The translations under genes were made by a program, and so were the position numbers. The notes under the pieces are model-generated. The model was given only the letters and a program-made list of their open reading frames with translations. It made no database searches and was not told the origin of the DNA. Positions 50,697 to 63,222 of a stretch of 64,000 nucleotides of DNA are shown piece by piece (position 1 is the stretch's first letter; each line of letters starts with the position of its first letter). Source of the DNA: Malacoraja senta (taxonomy: Eukaryota); contig CM075990.1 in assembly GCA_038087875.1 (NCBI GenBank), forward strand, positions 1,862,001-1,926,000, in the 5' to 3' direction.

Positions 50697-52902
50697 CTAA
50701 ACACACAAGAGCAGGATAGTCAGTGCTCCTCCTTGTAAACATTGAAATCAATGCAAAGCAGTATCTTTGTCATCTTAAAAAAAACATTATTTTACAATTG
50801 TTGATCTTTTGGTGGGGAGACAAGGCAAGGGAATACATTATAGCTGAAAGGATACTGAACCATGGTGGGGAACAGAAATATCTTGGAGAGCTTGTTGTGT
50901 AGGAAGGAAATGCAGATGCTGGTTTACACTGAAAATAGACATAAAATGCTGGAGTTACTCAGCGGACCAGGCAGCATCTAATGTTCCAGAGATACTGTCC
51001 GTCCCGCTGAGTTACTCCAGCATTTTGTGACTATCTTTGGAGAGTTCATGGGTCATTGAAGGTAGTGGGACAGTCATCTTGGAACTGTGGAAAATGTTAG
51101 CTCAGAAGTACCTGTAACATTGTGTGGATTCTGGTTGCCTCTCTACAGGATTGATGGGAGTGCACTAGAGAGGCACAAGAAAGGTTTACGACATTGGCAG
51201 GACTGGAGAAGAAAGGTTGCAAGGAGAGAGTCGCCAGGAACTGCAGCAGGTAGATTGTTTAAGTGGTTATAATATTATTGAAAAAAAGACAAAATGCTGG
51301 AGTAACTCAGCGGGACAGGCAGCATCTCTGGAGAGAAGGAATGGATCATGTTTCGGATTGAGACCCTTATTCAGACATCTCATCCCGAAATGTCATCCAT
51401 TCCTCCCCCCCAGAGATGCTGCCTGTCTCGCTGATGTCTATCTGTGGTGTAAACCAGCATCTGCAGTTCCTTCCTACTACATTTACTGGTTTCCCTTATC
51501 AACTCCCTATCACATCCTGTCATTTTTGTCACACATGATTTTCATTAAACCATGTCGGCTACATTTGATTAGATTCAGCTTACCAAATGATTAGTTATAA
51601 GATAGACACAATAAGCTGGAGTAACTTTGCGGGTCAGATAGCGTCTCTGGAGAAAAGGAATTTTCTATTTGTTTTCTCCAGAGATGCTGTCTGACCCGCT
51701 GCGTTACTCCAGCTTTTTGTTGTCTATCTCCTGTAAATGTAGTGTGTATTTTGATCTCTAAAAGGCATTTGCCAATTATGAGGTTGCTGCAAAAAAATTA
51801 AGAGCCCAAGATATTGGAGGAAGTGTGCTAACATGGACTGAAAGGTGGCAGTCGTATAGGAAAAAAAGTTAGAATAAATACGTGAAAACTGCAGATGGAA
51901 TAAATCTGAAAAACAAAATGCTGGGAGCACTCGGGTCAGGCTGCATCTGTAGCCAGAGAAACAGAATTCATGTTTCAAGTCAAAGACCCTTCGTCAGAAC
52001 AGGGGAGGCGACAAAAGAAACTTGTAAAGCTGCACAGGTGGGTGGATGGCTCTGATAGTGTAAAACCAGGTGACCATGGCGATAAACTGCAAGCAAAGCT
52101 ATCTGGTCAAGGAGTGAATAGGAGCGGTTAGGTGATAAGAAAAATAGACAAAAGATCGTAGCAGTTGTAAAATGCAGAGCAAGAAGACATGTCTAGGAAG
52201 GAACGGCAGATGCTGGATTAAACCGAAGATAGACAACGGGACAGGCTGCATCTCTGGAGAGAAGGAATGGGTGATGTTTCAGGTGGAGACGCTTTTCAGA
52301 CAAGACATGTCTGGCAGGTCAGCATGGACATGTCCTCCACTTTTGGATAGAGATTTTTAAAAACAAGCCAACCCTATTATCACAAATGGACAACTGATAC
52401 TAACTGAGGAATCAAGTCACCCAAGATTATCAAATTTAGTTCGAGCCCAGAGGACTGCCATGAGCCCAAATGGAAGATGAGATGCCTTTCCTCAAGATTA
52501 CTTGGGCCTCATTGCAACAGCGCAGGAAGTCACAGACTGTTTGGTCACTCCCACATCCAAGAGTCAGAATGAGATAACAGGAAGCTCAGGAGTGCCCCAT
52601 GGATCGAACACAGGTGCTCCGCAAAGTAGAAACCCAACGCCTGTTTGGTTTCTCCAATGTAGAGGAGACCACATCGTGAACACAGGGAAAGGAGCAGAGG
52701 GGGGAAAGGAGAGACAGTGAGAGAAAGGGAAGAACGCAGTAGAGAGGGAGGGAGAGAGTGAGAGTTGAGTGTTAGAGAAGGGGAGGGAAGAGGGGAAGAT
52801 ACTTTCCACACTCCACTTCACCTCAATCTCTTTGATCATCTCCGAAGAAGTGGTAAGTTTTGGCCTTTTACAGTTAAATAAAAACTAATTGGGAAAACTT
52901 AC

Positions 52903-53059
52903 ATAAGTTATACTTTTAACACTGCTTTCCAATGCTCGCATGTTGGAGTCCATGTCCTTCTGTGCCGCAAGTGCAAACTGCAGCTCCAGCCGCGTCTGGC
53001 TGAGCTGCTCCTCCAGCAGCGCCAGTGCAGTCAGTAGCTGCTTCTGTTCATCTGTCAAC
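52903..53059 (-). CDS. SUN gene coiled-coil exon
   Basis: tatag|(R)LTDEQKQLLTALALLEEQLSQTRLEL...KSITY|gtaagt; 157 nt, phase 2-0. Confidence 0.8.
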
Positions 53060-53064
53060 CTATA

Positions 53065-53315
53065 ATAATAATAATAATAAATATAATTTTATTAGCCAAG
53101 TATGTATACATACAAGGAACTTGCCTTGGTGCTTTGCTTGCAAGGATAAAAACATGATATACAGTAGACAATTAAAAATAAAACATTATAATTTAAACAT
53201 GTGGAAACAAAGTACCAGAGTAAAAAGAGCCTGCAGACTTTTGGCTGTTGAGTAGAGCTACTGCTCGTGGACAAATACTGTTTTTATGTCTGGCTGTGGC
53301 CCAGACAAAACCTGT
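53065..53315 (-). mobile_element. Rex1/Babar 3' tail inserted in a splice acceptor
   Basis: ARHKNSICPRAVALLN resembles the Rex1 C-terminus; (TAT)n tail; CCTATA duplicated at 53059-53064 and 53316-53321. Confidence 0.75.
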
Positions 53316-53587
53316 CCTATACAGGACAAAGCAAGCCATCAGAGTGCAGGAGCAGAGGCAGAACGGTGGTGCAGCAGTAGAGCTACGGCCTTACAGCGCG
53401 AGAGACCTGGGTTCAATACTGACTCAAGAGTGATCGTTGGTCTGCGCGGACTCAGTGGGCCGAAGGGCTTGTTTCCACGCTGTACCTCTAAACTAAAAAC
53501 AACGTTGACCTGTTTCACGCAGCAACTGACGAAGCCCCACCCCCCCCCCAAGGTGCTGCTCCACTCCTGGCTGGAAACACTCTGTAC

Positions 53588-53631
53588 CTTTCCACAGCAG
53601 ATTCCATTTCCTTCACCTTCTGCAACAACAT
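53588..53631 (-). CDS. SUN gene 44-nt exon
   Basis: ttcctag|MLLQKVKEMESAVE(R)|gtacag; phase 0-2, compatible with both neighbours. Confidence 0.7.
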
Positions 53632-54102
53632 CTAGGAATAGAAATTTAAAAAAAGTTTATTTTCAAGTTTGGAGGATTTTTAATTCTACTCGCAGCTACT
53701 TTTTTCACAACATACACGTCAAATTTACAAATATGTAAAGCAGAAGTCACTTTTCCATACTTCATATTCCCTGATGACATATGCCATTTCAGCCCATCAA
53801 ATCAATGCCAGCTCTCAGAGAATCCCAGTCCTTCACGAATGTTCCTTGAAACTAGTTCCTCACAAACTCCCATCAATTGCCTGCAGAATCCACCATTCAA
53901 TATAAAGCAAACTTCACTGAACTGTAGCAGCTTAACACCCAGAGGATGGGAAATGCAGGGAATTCTCTGCCCAAGTGGTTACAGAGACCAGTCCTTGAGA
54001 CCAGTACAACACCGAGGTGACTGGCCTTGATATTACGGAATTGAGAGTATGGCGTTAAATGGTGCCGAGATAAATGGTCTGACTGAGAGGTAGAGCAGCT
54101 GA

Positions 54103-54400
54103 GGGGCAGCACGGTGGTGCTGCGGTAGAGTTGCTGCCTCACACCACCAGAGGCCCAGGTTCGATTCCGCCTACGGGTGCTATCTGTACGGAGTTTGTAC
54201 GTTCTCCCCGTGACCTGCGTGGATTTTCTCCAGGTGCTCCGGCTTCCACCCACACTCCCAAAGACGTACAGGTTTGTAGGCTAAATAGCTTAGTAAAATT
54301 GTAAATTGTCCCTAGTATGTGCACAATAGTGGTAGTGTGTGTGGATCGCTGGTCGGCGCAGACGTTCCACGCCGTATCTCTAAAACAAATCAAAAAAAGA
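54103..54400 (+). mobile_element. HE1-type V-SINE
   Basis: A/B-box head, V-domain, CR1-like tail. Confidence 0.88.
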
Positions 54401-54665
54401 CTAAAAGCAGCCATTTCAGGCAGAATGTGATGGAAAGCTTGCCATGCTAGGACCAGAGGCCTTAACCTCAGAATAAAAGGACGTTCCTTTATGAAGGAGA
54501 TGAGGAGGAATATCTTTAATCAGAATGTGGTGAATCTGTGGAATTCACTGTCACAATAGGCTGTGGATCTTTTACATAGATACATAGAAAATAGGTGCAG
54601 GAGTAGGCCATTCGGCCCTTCGAGCCTGCACCGCCATTCAATATGATCATGGCTGGTCATCCAAC

Positions 54666-57615
54666 TCAGTATCCCGTACCTGCCTTCTCTCCATACCCCC
54701 TGATCCCTTTAGCCACAAGGGCCACATCTAACTCCCTCTTAAATATAGCCAATGAACTGGCCTCAACTACCCTCTGTGGCAGAGAGTTCCAGAGATTCAC
54801 CACTCTCTGTGTGAAAACGTTTTTTCTCATCTCGCTCTTAAAAGATTTCCCCCTTATCCTTAAGCTGTGACCCCTTGTCCTGGACTTCCCCAACATCGGG
54901 AACAATCTTCCTGCATCAAGCCTGTCCAACCCCATAAGAATTTTGTAAGTTTCTATAAGATCCCCTCTCAATCTCCTAAATTCTAGCGAGTATAAGCCGA
55001 GTCTATCCAGTCTTTCTTCACATGAAAGTCCTGACATCCCAGGAATCAGTCTGGTGAACCTTCTCTGCACTCCCTCTATGGCTATAATGTCCTTCCTCAG
55101 ATTTGGAGACCAAAACTGTACGCAATACTCCAGGTGTGGTCTCACCAAGACTCTGTACAACTGCAGTAGAACTTCCCTGCTCCTATACTCAAATCCTTTT
55201 GCTATGAAAGCTAACATACCATTCGCTTTCTTCACTGCCTGCTGCACCTGCATGCCTACTTTCAATGACTGGTGTACCATGACACCCAGGTCTCGCTGCA
55301 TCTCCCCTTTTCCTAATCGGCCACCATTTAGATAATAGTCTGCTTTCCTGTTTTTGCCACCAAAGTGGATAACCTCACATTTATCCACATTATACTGCAT
55401 CTGCCAAACATTTGCCCACTCACCCAGCCTACCCAAGTCACCTTGCAGTCCCCTAGCATCCTCCTCACAGCTAACAGTGCCCCCCAACTTAGTGTCATCC
55501 GCAAACCTGGAGATGTTGCCTTCAATTCCCTCATCCAGTTCATTAATATAAATTGTAAATAGCTGGGGTCCCAGCACTGAGCCTTGCGGTACCCCACTAG
55601 TCACTGCCTGCCATTGTGAAAAGGACCCGTTTACTCCTACTCTTTGCTTCCTGTTTGCCAGCCAGTTCTCTATCCACATCAATACTGAACCCCCAATACC
55701 GTGTGCTTTAAGTTTGTATATTAATCTCTTATGTGAGACCTTGTCGAAAGCCTTCTGAAAGTCCAGATACAACACATCCACTGGTTCTCCCCTATCCACT
55801 CTACTAGTTACATCCTCGAAAAATTCTATAAGATTCGTCAGACATGATTTACCTTTCGTAAATCCATGCTGACTTTGTCCAATGATTTCACCACTTTCCA
55901 AATGTGCTGCTATCCCATCTTTAATAACTGACTCTAGCAGTTTCCCCACTACCGATGTTAGACTAACTCTCTTTCTCTCTCCCTCCCTTCTTAAAAAGTG
56001 GGGTTACGTTTGCTACCCTCCAATCCTCGGGAACTACCCCAGAATCTAAAGAGTTTTGAAAAATTATCACTAATGCATCCACTATTTCTGGAGCTACTGC
56101 CTTAAGTACTCTGGGATGCAGCCTATCTGGCCCTGGTGATTTATCGGCCTTTAATCCATTCAATTTACCCAACACCACTTCCCGACCAACCTGGATTTCA
56201 CTCAGTTCCTCCATCTCCTTTGACCCGCGGTCCCCTGCTATTTCCGGCAGATTATTTATGTCTTCCTTAGTGAAGACGGAACCGAAGTAGTTATTCAATT
56301 GGTCCGCCATATCCTTGTTCCCCATGATCAATTCACCTGTTTCTGACTGCAAGGGACCTACATTTGTTTTAACTAATCTCTTTCTCTTCACATATCTATA
56401 AAAACTTTTGCAGTCAGTTTTTATGTACCCTGCCAGTTTTCTTTCATAATCTATTTTCCCTTTCCTAATTAAGCCCTTTGTCCTCCTCTGCTGGTCTCTG
56501 AATTTCTCCCAGTCCTCTGGTATGCTGCTTTTTCTGGCTAATTTGTGCGCATCATCTTTTGCTTTGATACTATCCCTGATTTCCCTTGTTATCCACGGAT
56601 GCACTACCTTCCCTGATTTATTCTTTTGCCAAACTGGGATGAACAATTTTTGTAGTTCATCCATGCAGTCTTTAAATGCCTTCCATTGCATATCCACCGT
56701 CAACCCTTTTAGAACTAATTGCCAGTCAATCTTGGCCAATTCACGTCTCATACCCTCAAAGTTACCTTTCTTTAAGTTCAGAACCGTTGTTTCTGAATTA
56801 ACAATGTCACTCTCCATCCTAATGAAGAACTCAACCATATTATGGTCACTCTTGCCCAAGGGGGCACGCACAACAAGACTGCTAACTAACCCTTCCTCAT
56901 TACTCAATACCCAGTCTAGAATAGCCTGCTCTCTCGTTGGTTCCTCTACATGTTGGTTTAGATAACTATCCCGCATACATTCCAAGAAATCCTCTTCCTC
57001 AGCACCCCTGCCAATTTGATTCACCCAATCTATATGTAGATTGAAGTCACCCATTATAACTGTTTTGCCTTTGTTGCACGCATTTCTAATTTCCTGTTTG
57101 ATGCCATCCCCAACTTCACTACTACTGTTAGGTGGCCTGTACACAACACCCACCAGCGTTTTCTGCCCCTTAGTGTTTCGCAGCTCTACCCATACCGATT
57201 CCACATCCTCCAAGCTAATGTCCTTCCTTTCCACTGCGTTAATCTCCTCTCTAACCAGCAACACTACCCCACCTCCTTTTCCTTTCTCTCTATCCCTCCT
57301 AAATATTGAATATCCCTGGATGTTCGGCTCCCAGTCTTGGTCACCCTGGAGCCATGTCTCCGTGATCCCAACTATATCATAATCATTAATAGCTATCTGC
57401 ACTTTCAACTCATCCACCTTATTACGAATGCTCCTTGCATTGAGACACAAAGCCTTCAGGCTTGTTTTTACAACGCTCTTACCCCTTTTACAATTATGTT
57501 GAAAAGTGGCCCTTTTTGATTTTTGTCCTGGGTTTGTCTGCCTGCCACTTTTACTTTTCACCTTGCTACCTATTGCTTCCGCCCGCATTTTACACCCCTC
57601 TGTTTCTCTGCTCAC
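54666..57615 (-). pseudogene. CR1 ORF2 (APE + RT) with one small deletion/frameshift near 55960
   Basis: 550-aa and 427-aa ORFs; the NYRP of NYRPVSLTS is lost at the junction. Confidence 0.95.
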
Positions 57616-57761
57616 CCATTTAAGAACCCCACCACCTTATTCTCTGTTTATTATTGTTTTCTTTTTCCCCCCCTACATGTTGGGTCTGAGTGCTTTCCTT
57701 GTCTGCCTCCTGCCTCACACACTAATAGCTTTCTCTATTTGAGTCCCTCCCCCCAACCGTT

Positions 57762-58688
57762 CTAGTTTAAAGTCTCCCCAGTAGCCTTTGCAAATCTCCC
57801 CGCCAGGATATTGGTCCCCCTCAGGTTCAAGTGCAACCCATCCTTTTTGTACAGGTCGCACCTTCCACAAAAGAGGTCCCAATGATCCAGAAATTTGAAT
57901 CCCTGCCCCCAGTCCTTCAGCCACGCATTTATCCTCCACCTCGCTCCATTCCTACTCTCACTGTCGCGTGGCACAGGCAGTAATCCTGAGATTGTTACCT
58001 TTGCTGTCCTTCTCAACTCCCCTCCTAACTCCCTAAATTCTCCTTTCAGGACCTCTTCTCTTTTTTTACCTATGTCATTGGTACCTATATGTACCACGAC
58101 CTCAGGCTCCTCTCCCTCCCCTTTCAGGATATCTTGGACACGTTGAGACACATCACAGACCCTGGCACCAGGGAGGCAAACTACCATCCGGGTTTCCCGA
58201 CTGCGTCCACAGAATCGCCTGTCTGACCCCCTAACTATAGAGTCCCCTATTACTGATGCCCTCCTCTTCTTTTCCTTACCCTTCTGAGCAACAGGACCGG
58301 TCTCTGTACCGGAGGCCCGGCCGCTGTCGCTACCCCCAGGTAGGCTGTCCCCCCCAACAGTACTCAAACAGGAGTACTTATTGTCAAGGTGTACAGCCAC
58401 CGGGGTACTCTCTAGTCCCTGCCTGTGCCCCTTGCCTCTCCCAACCGTGACCCACTTGCCTGCCTCCTGTGGTCTTGGAGTGACCACCTCCCTGTAACTC
58501 CTCTCAATGACTTCCGCGTTCTCCCTGACTAGACGGAGGTCATCGAGCTGCTGCTCCAGGTTCCTAATACGGTCCCTTAGGAGCCCCATCTCGATGCACC
58601 TGGCGCAGATGTGGACGTCTATAAGGCTGTCAGATTCCTTGATCTCCCACATCTGACATCCAGAACAGTAAACTGCCCTGGCACTCAT
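57762..58688 (-). CDS. CR1 ORF1: zinc finger/leucine zipper + SGNH esterase, 308 aa
   Basis: CSGC...ICARC, GDSIVR, PGA, HIGTND and DGLHLN motifs. Confidence 0.92.
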   Translation of the reverse strand: MSARAVYCSGCQMWEIKESDSLIDVHICARCIEMGLLRDRIRNLEQQLDDLRLVRENAEVIERSYREVVTPRPQEAGKWVTVGRGKGHRQGLESTPVAVHLDNKYSCLSTVGGDSLPGGSDSGRASGTETGPVAQKGKEKKRRASVIGDSIVRGSDRRFCGRSRETRMVVCLPGARVCDVSQRVQDILKGEGEEPEVVVHIGTNDIGKKREEVLKGEFRELGGELRRTAKVTISGLLPVPRDSESRNGARWRINAWLKDWGQGFKFLDHWDLFCGRCDLYKKDGLHLNLRGTNILAGRFAKATGETLN

Positions 58689-59485
58689 ACTCCCCCCTTA
58701 CACTGGATACAATACAAAGTACAGTACAATACAATGTACAATACAATGTACAATACAATACAATCAGCAGGGATCCGACTCCCAATCAGCTGCTCCCTCT
58801 TGTCTGCTTCCACCAATCAGCGGCTTCCTTAAGCCCACTTGTTTTTGAAGTGCGAGTGGAACTTGGAACGTTGCAGATTTTGGCTCCTCCCTCTGCGACC
58901 TCTCCAACGGCTCTCGGGCCTCTGTAAGAAGCAAGCCCCGCGCTCCACTTTAACTCCTACCGCTCTGTAAGAAGCAAGCCCCGCGCTCCACTTTAACTCC
59001 TACCCCGCGCTCCACTTTAACTCCTACCGACCTCTCCAACGGCTCTCGGGCCATTGGAGAGGTCGCGATTTACAGTCGGGGCATTTACAGTGTATAGATA
59101 CATGATAAGAGAATACCGTTCAGTGCAAGGTAAAGATAGTAAAATCCGATTAAAGATAGTCCGAGGATCACCAATGAGGTACAGGAGATCGTTGTTCAGG
59201 ACTGCTCTCTAGATGTGGTACACTTATTCAGTTGCCAGATAACAAATGGATTAGATTAGTGCAAATGGGTGATCGATGGTCAGCGTGGACTCAGTGGGTC
59301 ACAGGGCCTGTTTCCATGCTATCTCTCTCAATGACTACCAGGCAGGTTATGCAACAGGTTAACTAACAGCTGGATTTCCTTCTGTGTCAATCAAGGCTCT
59401 GCTCACCCCCCTACGGACAGACTCTACACATCACTGCCAGGCAGGGGTGGAGGAAGAGGCCAAGCTGCCAGCATTTGACACTCAC

Positions 59486-59707
59486 CTGCACCCTCTCCAG
59501 CGACTCGAAGGGCAGCATGTTCCGAAGCTCATCCAGTCTCTGAAGGGTTACCTTGCCCAGCAGCTTGATGACGTGGGCTGGTGTCAGTGGGGGAGGAAGG
59601 CGTATGGTTTCAGACGGCCCACCGCCCCAGTCCAGCCAAGCCCGGAAGTCAGCGGTCAGCAGCTCCAGCTCCTTCTCCATTCTCTGCACATGCACCTGCA
59701 GGCCAGC
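59486..59707 (-). CDS. SUN gene luminal coiled-coil exon (probable)
   Basis: ttcctag|AGLQVHVQRMEKELELL...LQRLDELRNM...ERVQ|gtgagt; 222 nt, phase 0-0. Confidence 0.72.
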
Positions 59708-59741
59708 CTAGGAACAGAGCAAGACAGTCAGCTTGGGCAGT

Positions 59742-60040
59742 ATGGTGGCACAGTGGTAGAGTTGCTGCCTCACAGCGCCAGAGATCCGAGTTTGATCCTG
59801 ACTACAGGTGCTGCCTGTATGAAGTTTGTACATTCTCCCCGTGACCTGTATGGGTTTTCTCCGAGATCTTCGGTTTCCTCCCACACTCCAAAGATGTACA
59901 GGATTGTAGATTAATTGGCTTAGTATTAATGTAAAATTGTCCCTAGTGTGTGTGGGATGGTGTTAGTGTGCGGGGATCGCTGGTCGGTGTGGACCCGGTG
60001 AGCCAAAAGGCCTGTTCCCACGCTGTATCTCTAAACTAAA
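59742..60040 (+). mobile_element. HE1-type V-SINE
   Basis: Complete head, V-domain and tail. Confidence 0.9.
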
Positions 60041-60729
60041 GTCCATATCAACTTGACCCAGAATATAGCCATCACCGCCCTTCAATGAGACCGTGCACTG
60101 CACATTTATTGTCAAGGCCAGGTTCCACAGCATGGAGGGGGACACCTCCAACCTAATGCAGGCCAACTGCAGCCAACACATGCAAACTCTCCATCCTGCA
60201 ACCCCATCTCAACCCCAAACTCTCCACCCCATTCACTCTGCCCCAACCCACACAGCAGCCCATCCCTTCTCCTCCACTTATCTCACATCTCTCCTCTATT
60301 TTCCCCTCAACTACTTTCTTCCCAGGGTGGAAATGTCAAAGACCAGAGGGTATAGCTTTACGATGAGAGGGATAAAGTATAAAAGTGATAGATTTTTTTA
60401 TACCAGGTGGATGCCTGGAACAGGCTCTGCCAGGATAGGCGGTGGAAGCAGATACGATAGAGGCATTTGATAGTCGTATGGATATGCAGGGAATGGCGGG
60501 ATATGGATTGTGTGCAGGCAAGCAAGATTAGTCATCCTTGCATTATGTTCCACATTGACATTGTTGGCTGAAAGGCTATTTCCCCTGCTGCTCCTTCCTC
60601 CCACCCACATTTCCAGCACTCTTCTGCCTTTCATCTCTGCTCAGCCATTCCCCATGGCCATGGGAAAGCTTTGATCAACATTTCTCCAGTGACAGCTCGA
60701 GTTCAAGTCATCCCAGCAACAACACTTAC

Positions 60730-60860
60730 GGGCTGCAGGAAGGTCAAATCCCACCTTGGGTGTGAGTGTGTGTGTGCGACACCTCTCAGGTGTGAAATTA
60801 AACGCTGCCTTGTCCCTGGGTGGCAGCTCTGGCCAACACCTCCCAACCACAGCCACAAAG
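60730..60860 (-). CDS. Possible SUN post-transmembrane exon
   Basis: gcag|(A)LWLWLGGVGQSCHPG...FLQP|gtaagt; phase 1-0; weak acceptor, strong donor. Confidence 0.45.
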
Positions 60861-60905
60861 CTGCAAGTCTCACTGCTCTTTCTGCCTGGGGATTTTGTGC
60901 AGTAT

Positions 60906-61210
60906 AGTTTGGTTTAGTTACAGCAAGGAAACAGGCCCTTTGGCCCACCGGGTCTGCACAGACCAGCGATCCCCGTGCACTAACACTGTCCCAGACACAC
61001 TAGGGACAATTTATACCAAGCCAATTAACCAACAAACCTGTACATCTTTGGAGTGTGGGAGGACACCGAAGATCTCGGAGAAAAGCCACGCAGTCACGGA
61101 GAGAACGTACAAACTTTGTACAGACAGCACCCGTAATCAGGATTGAACCCGTGTCTCTGGTGTTGCAAGCGCTGTAAGGCAGTAACTCTACCGCTATGCC
61201 ACCATGCCGT
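60906..61210 (-). mobile_element. HE1-type V-SINE
   Basis: Reverse-complement copy. Confidence 0.88.
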
Positions 61211-61944
61211 CCTTGATTCAACATTTACTGACCGGAGCAGACATCTATACCATGTGTGGTAACCGTCAAATGACAAAGATTACCCCGAGAATGCTTTGGA
61301 TCTAAATAAGTGAGTTGGCCCATGGATTTTTCTCATGAGGGAGGTGAGCTGGCCACACAGAAGCGGGCAGCTAACGAAGGGTGTGCAAACCACACACACG
61401 GGCGTGGAGTTCAATGCTGCACAACACGGCTAGTGTCGAGAAGCCAGCCAGCAAGCTGTCAGAATGCATAGGAGGGAACTGCAGATGCTGGTTTAAACCG
61501 AAGATAGACACAAAAACTGGAGTAACTCAGCGGGTCAAGTAGCATTTCCGGAGAGAAAGAATAGGTGACGTTTCCGGTCGAGACCTTCCAGAAATGTCAC
61601 CTATTCCTTTTCTCCAGTGAATCTGCCTGACCTGCTGAGTTACTCCAGCATTTATTGTCTAGCAAGTCTGTGCAGTTGTGCACAGTGGTCGGTTCAGTGG
61701 TGTTTGGAGCCTGGACGACTGCAGTATGGGTCCTTGCTGCTGATCTGGAAGCACAGGGTTCAGGTCTGCAGAATCACACAACACGGAGACAGGCCCTTCA
61801 GCCCAACATCGAAGCCGACCAAGTTACCTCGCAGTGCCAGAGATCTGGGTTTGACCCAGACCTTGGGTGCTTTCTTGTGTAGATTCTTCCTATGACCGTG
61901 GGAGTTTCCTCTGGGTGCTCCGGTTTTCTCCCACATCCGAGGAG

Positions 61945-62240
61945 TGACACGGTAGCTCTTGCTAACTTCCAGCGCCAGAGACCTGGGTTCGATCCTGACT
62001 ACAGGTGCTGTCTGTACAGAGTTTGTACGTTCTCCCCGTGATCTGCATGGGTTTTCTCCAAGATCTTTGGTTTCCTCCCACACTACAAAGACGTACAGGT
62101 TTGTTGGTTAATTGGCTTGGTATAAATGTAAAATTGTCCCTGGTGTGTGTCGAGTAGTGTTAATGTGCGAGCATCGCTTGTCGGTGCGGACTCGGTGGGC
62201 CAAAGGGCCGGCTTCCATGCTCTATCTCTAAACTAAACTG
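61945..62240 (+). mobile_element. HE1-type V-SINE (preceded by partial copies)
   Basis: GGTTCGATCC B box, V-domain, (TAAAC)n tail. Confidence 0.88.
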
Positions 62241-62356
62241 AACCTGCAGCTTTGTACTTCATTCAGAAATCAGTTAGGGCAGGCTGGAGTGGGATTCAGA
62301 GGGTGAATTCAAGCAGGTGCACTGCCCCTGCTGTCATTCTTGGGTACTCTCTCTCC

Positions 62357-63222
62357 CCGGGGTGGAAATCGCTATCAAAACATGGGGGGAGGGGCAGAAA
62401 TCCTTGGTAGCCACGTGCATGCGCGCACACACACACACAAACGCGAGGCTTCGGCCATGGGCCATGTGGACGGTAACATCGGGAGCTGACCTGGTTGGTG
62501 ACCGACTCGGAATTCCAGCAACAGCAGCTTTGTCCGTCCGCTCCGAATCATGGGGCTTGAATCGGCCTGTTGGCGGGGCCTTTCATCGCCCGGCCGGCGC
62601 GGGCTTCAATATCGGGAAACTCGATCGCCTCAATGCAGCAGATTGATTTTAAGCCGCGCCGGGCGATGAAAGGCCCCGCAGATCGGCCTATTCAGCCCTC
62701 AGAAAACGTCTGATACCGGCTTGAATCTTTCAAAAGCTACAATATGATAAATAACACTTAAACAAATAAAACTGAAGCAAATAAAGGCAAACAGAAGACC
62801 GACCTTGGAGGGGGAGAGAGAGATTGGAAAAAATACTAAATAATGTGAGTGACCTGAATGAAGGACTTACCTGCAAGCGAGCCAGGAAACCCGTTCGAAC
62901 CGTTTAAATCTTTCCCATCCACCAATACATCCAATTAGTTCAAATGGTAATTGTCCCCGCATCAGACAGCTTTAAGAAATTCTCCGTGAATACCTTCAGT
63001 AATACTTGAAGGTCAAAACATAATTGGTGACACATCGTGTTAATACGATGTTAAGAGAGACAATTAACAAGCGCTTAACAGTGACACCGTAAGCAGAGAT
63101 TTTAATAGATTTTTTTCCCACCGAATTTCAAAATCCGGATTACAAAACATGGGGGGATTGCCCCCACCTTTTAAAACATGGGGGGACGTCCTCCCCCCTC
63201 CCCCCTGGGATTTCCGCCCATG
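62357..63222. mobile_element. hAT-like MITE (866 bp)
   Basis: Imperfect 14-bp TIR CCGGGGTGGAAATC / GATTTCCGCCCATG (11/14); 8-bp TSD CTCTCTCC at 62349-62356 and 63223-63230. Confidence 0.75.

Larger units (their letters stand above)
54575..59066 (-). mobile_element. Near full-length CR1 (HER1-like) LINE
   Basis: 5' UTR with tandem repeats, ORF1, ORF2, (TCTATG)n tail. Confidence 0.96.

Noticed and set aside
54103..54180. tRNA genes
   Set aside because: The A/B-box sequences are tRNA-derived heads of HE1 SINEs, not complete cloverleafs.
43380..60860. Assigning SUN1 or SUN2 as gene symbol
   Set aside because: The SUN domain is intermediate by eye and the N-terminal exons were not found; a phylogeny is needed.
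61300..61760. Candidate SUN transmembrane exon
   Set aside because: Acceptor-like sites exist, but frames hit stops and no good donor or convincing TM helix was found.
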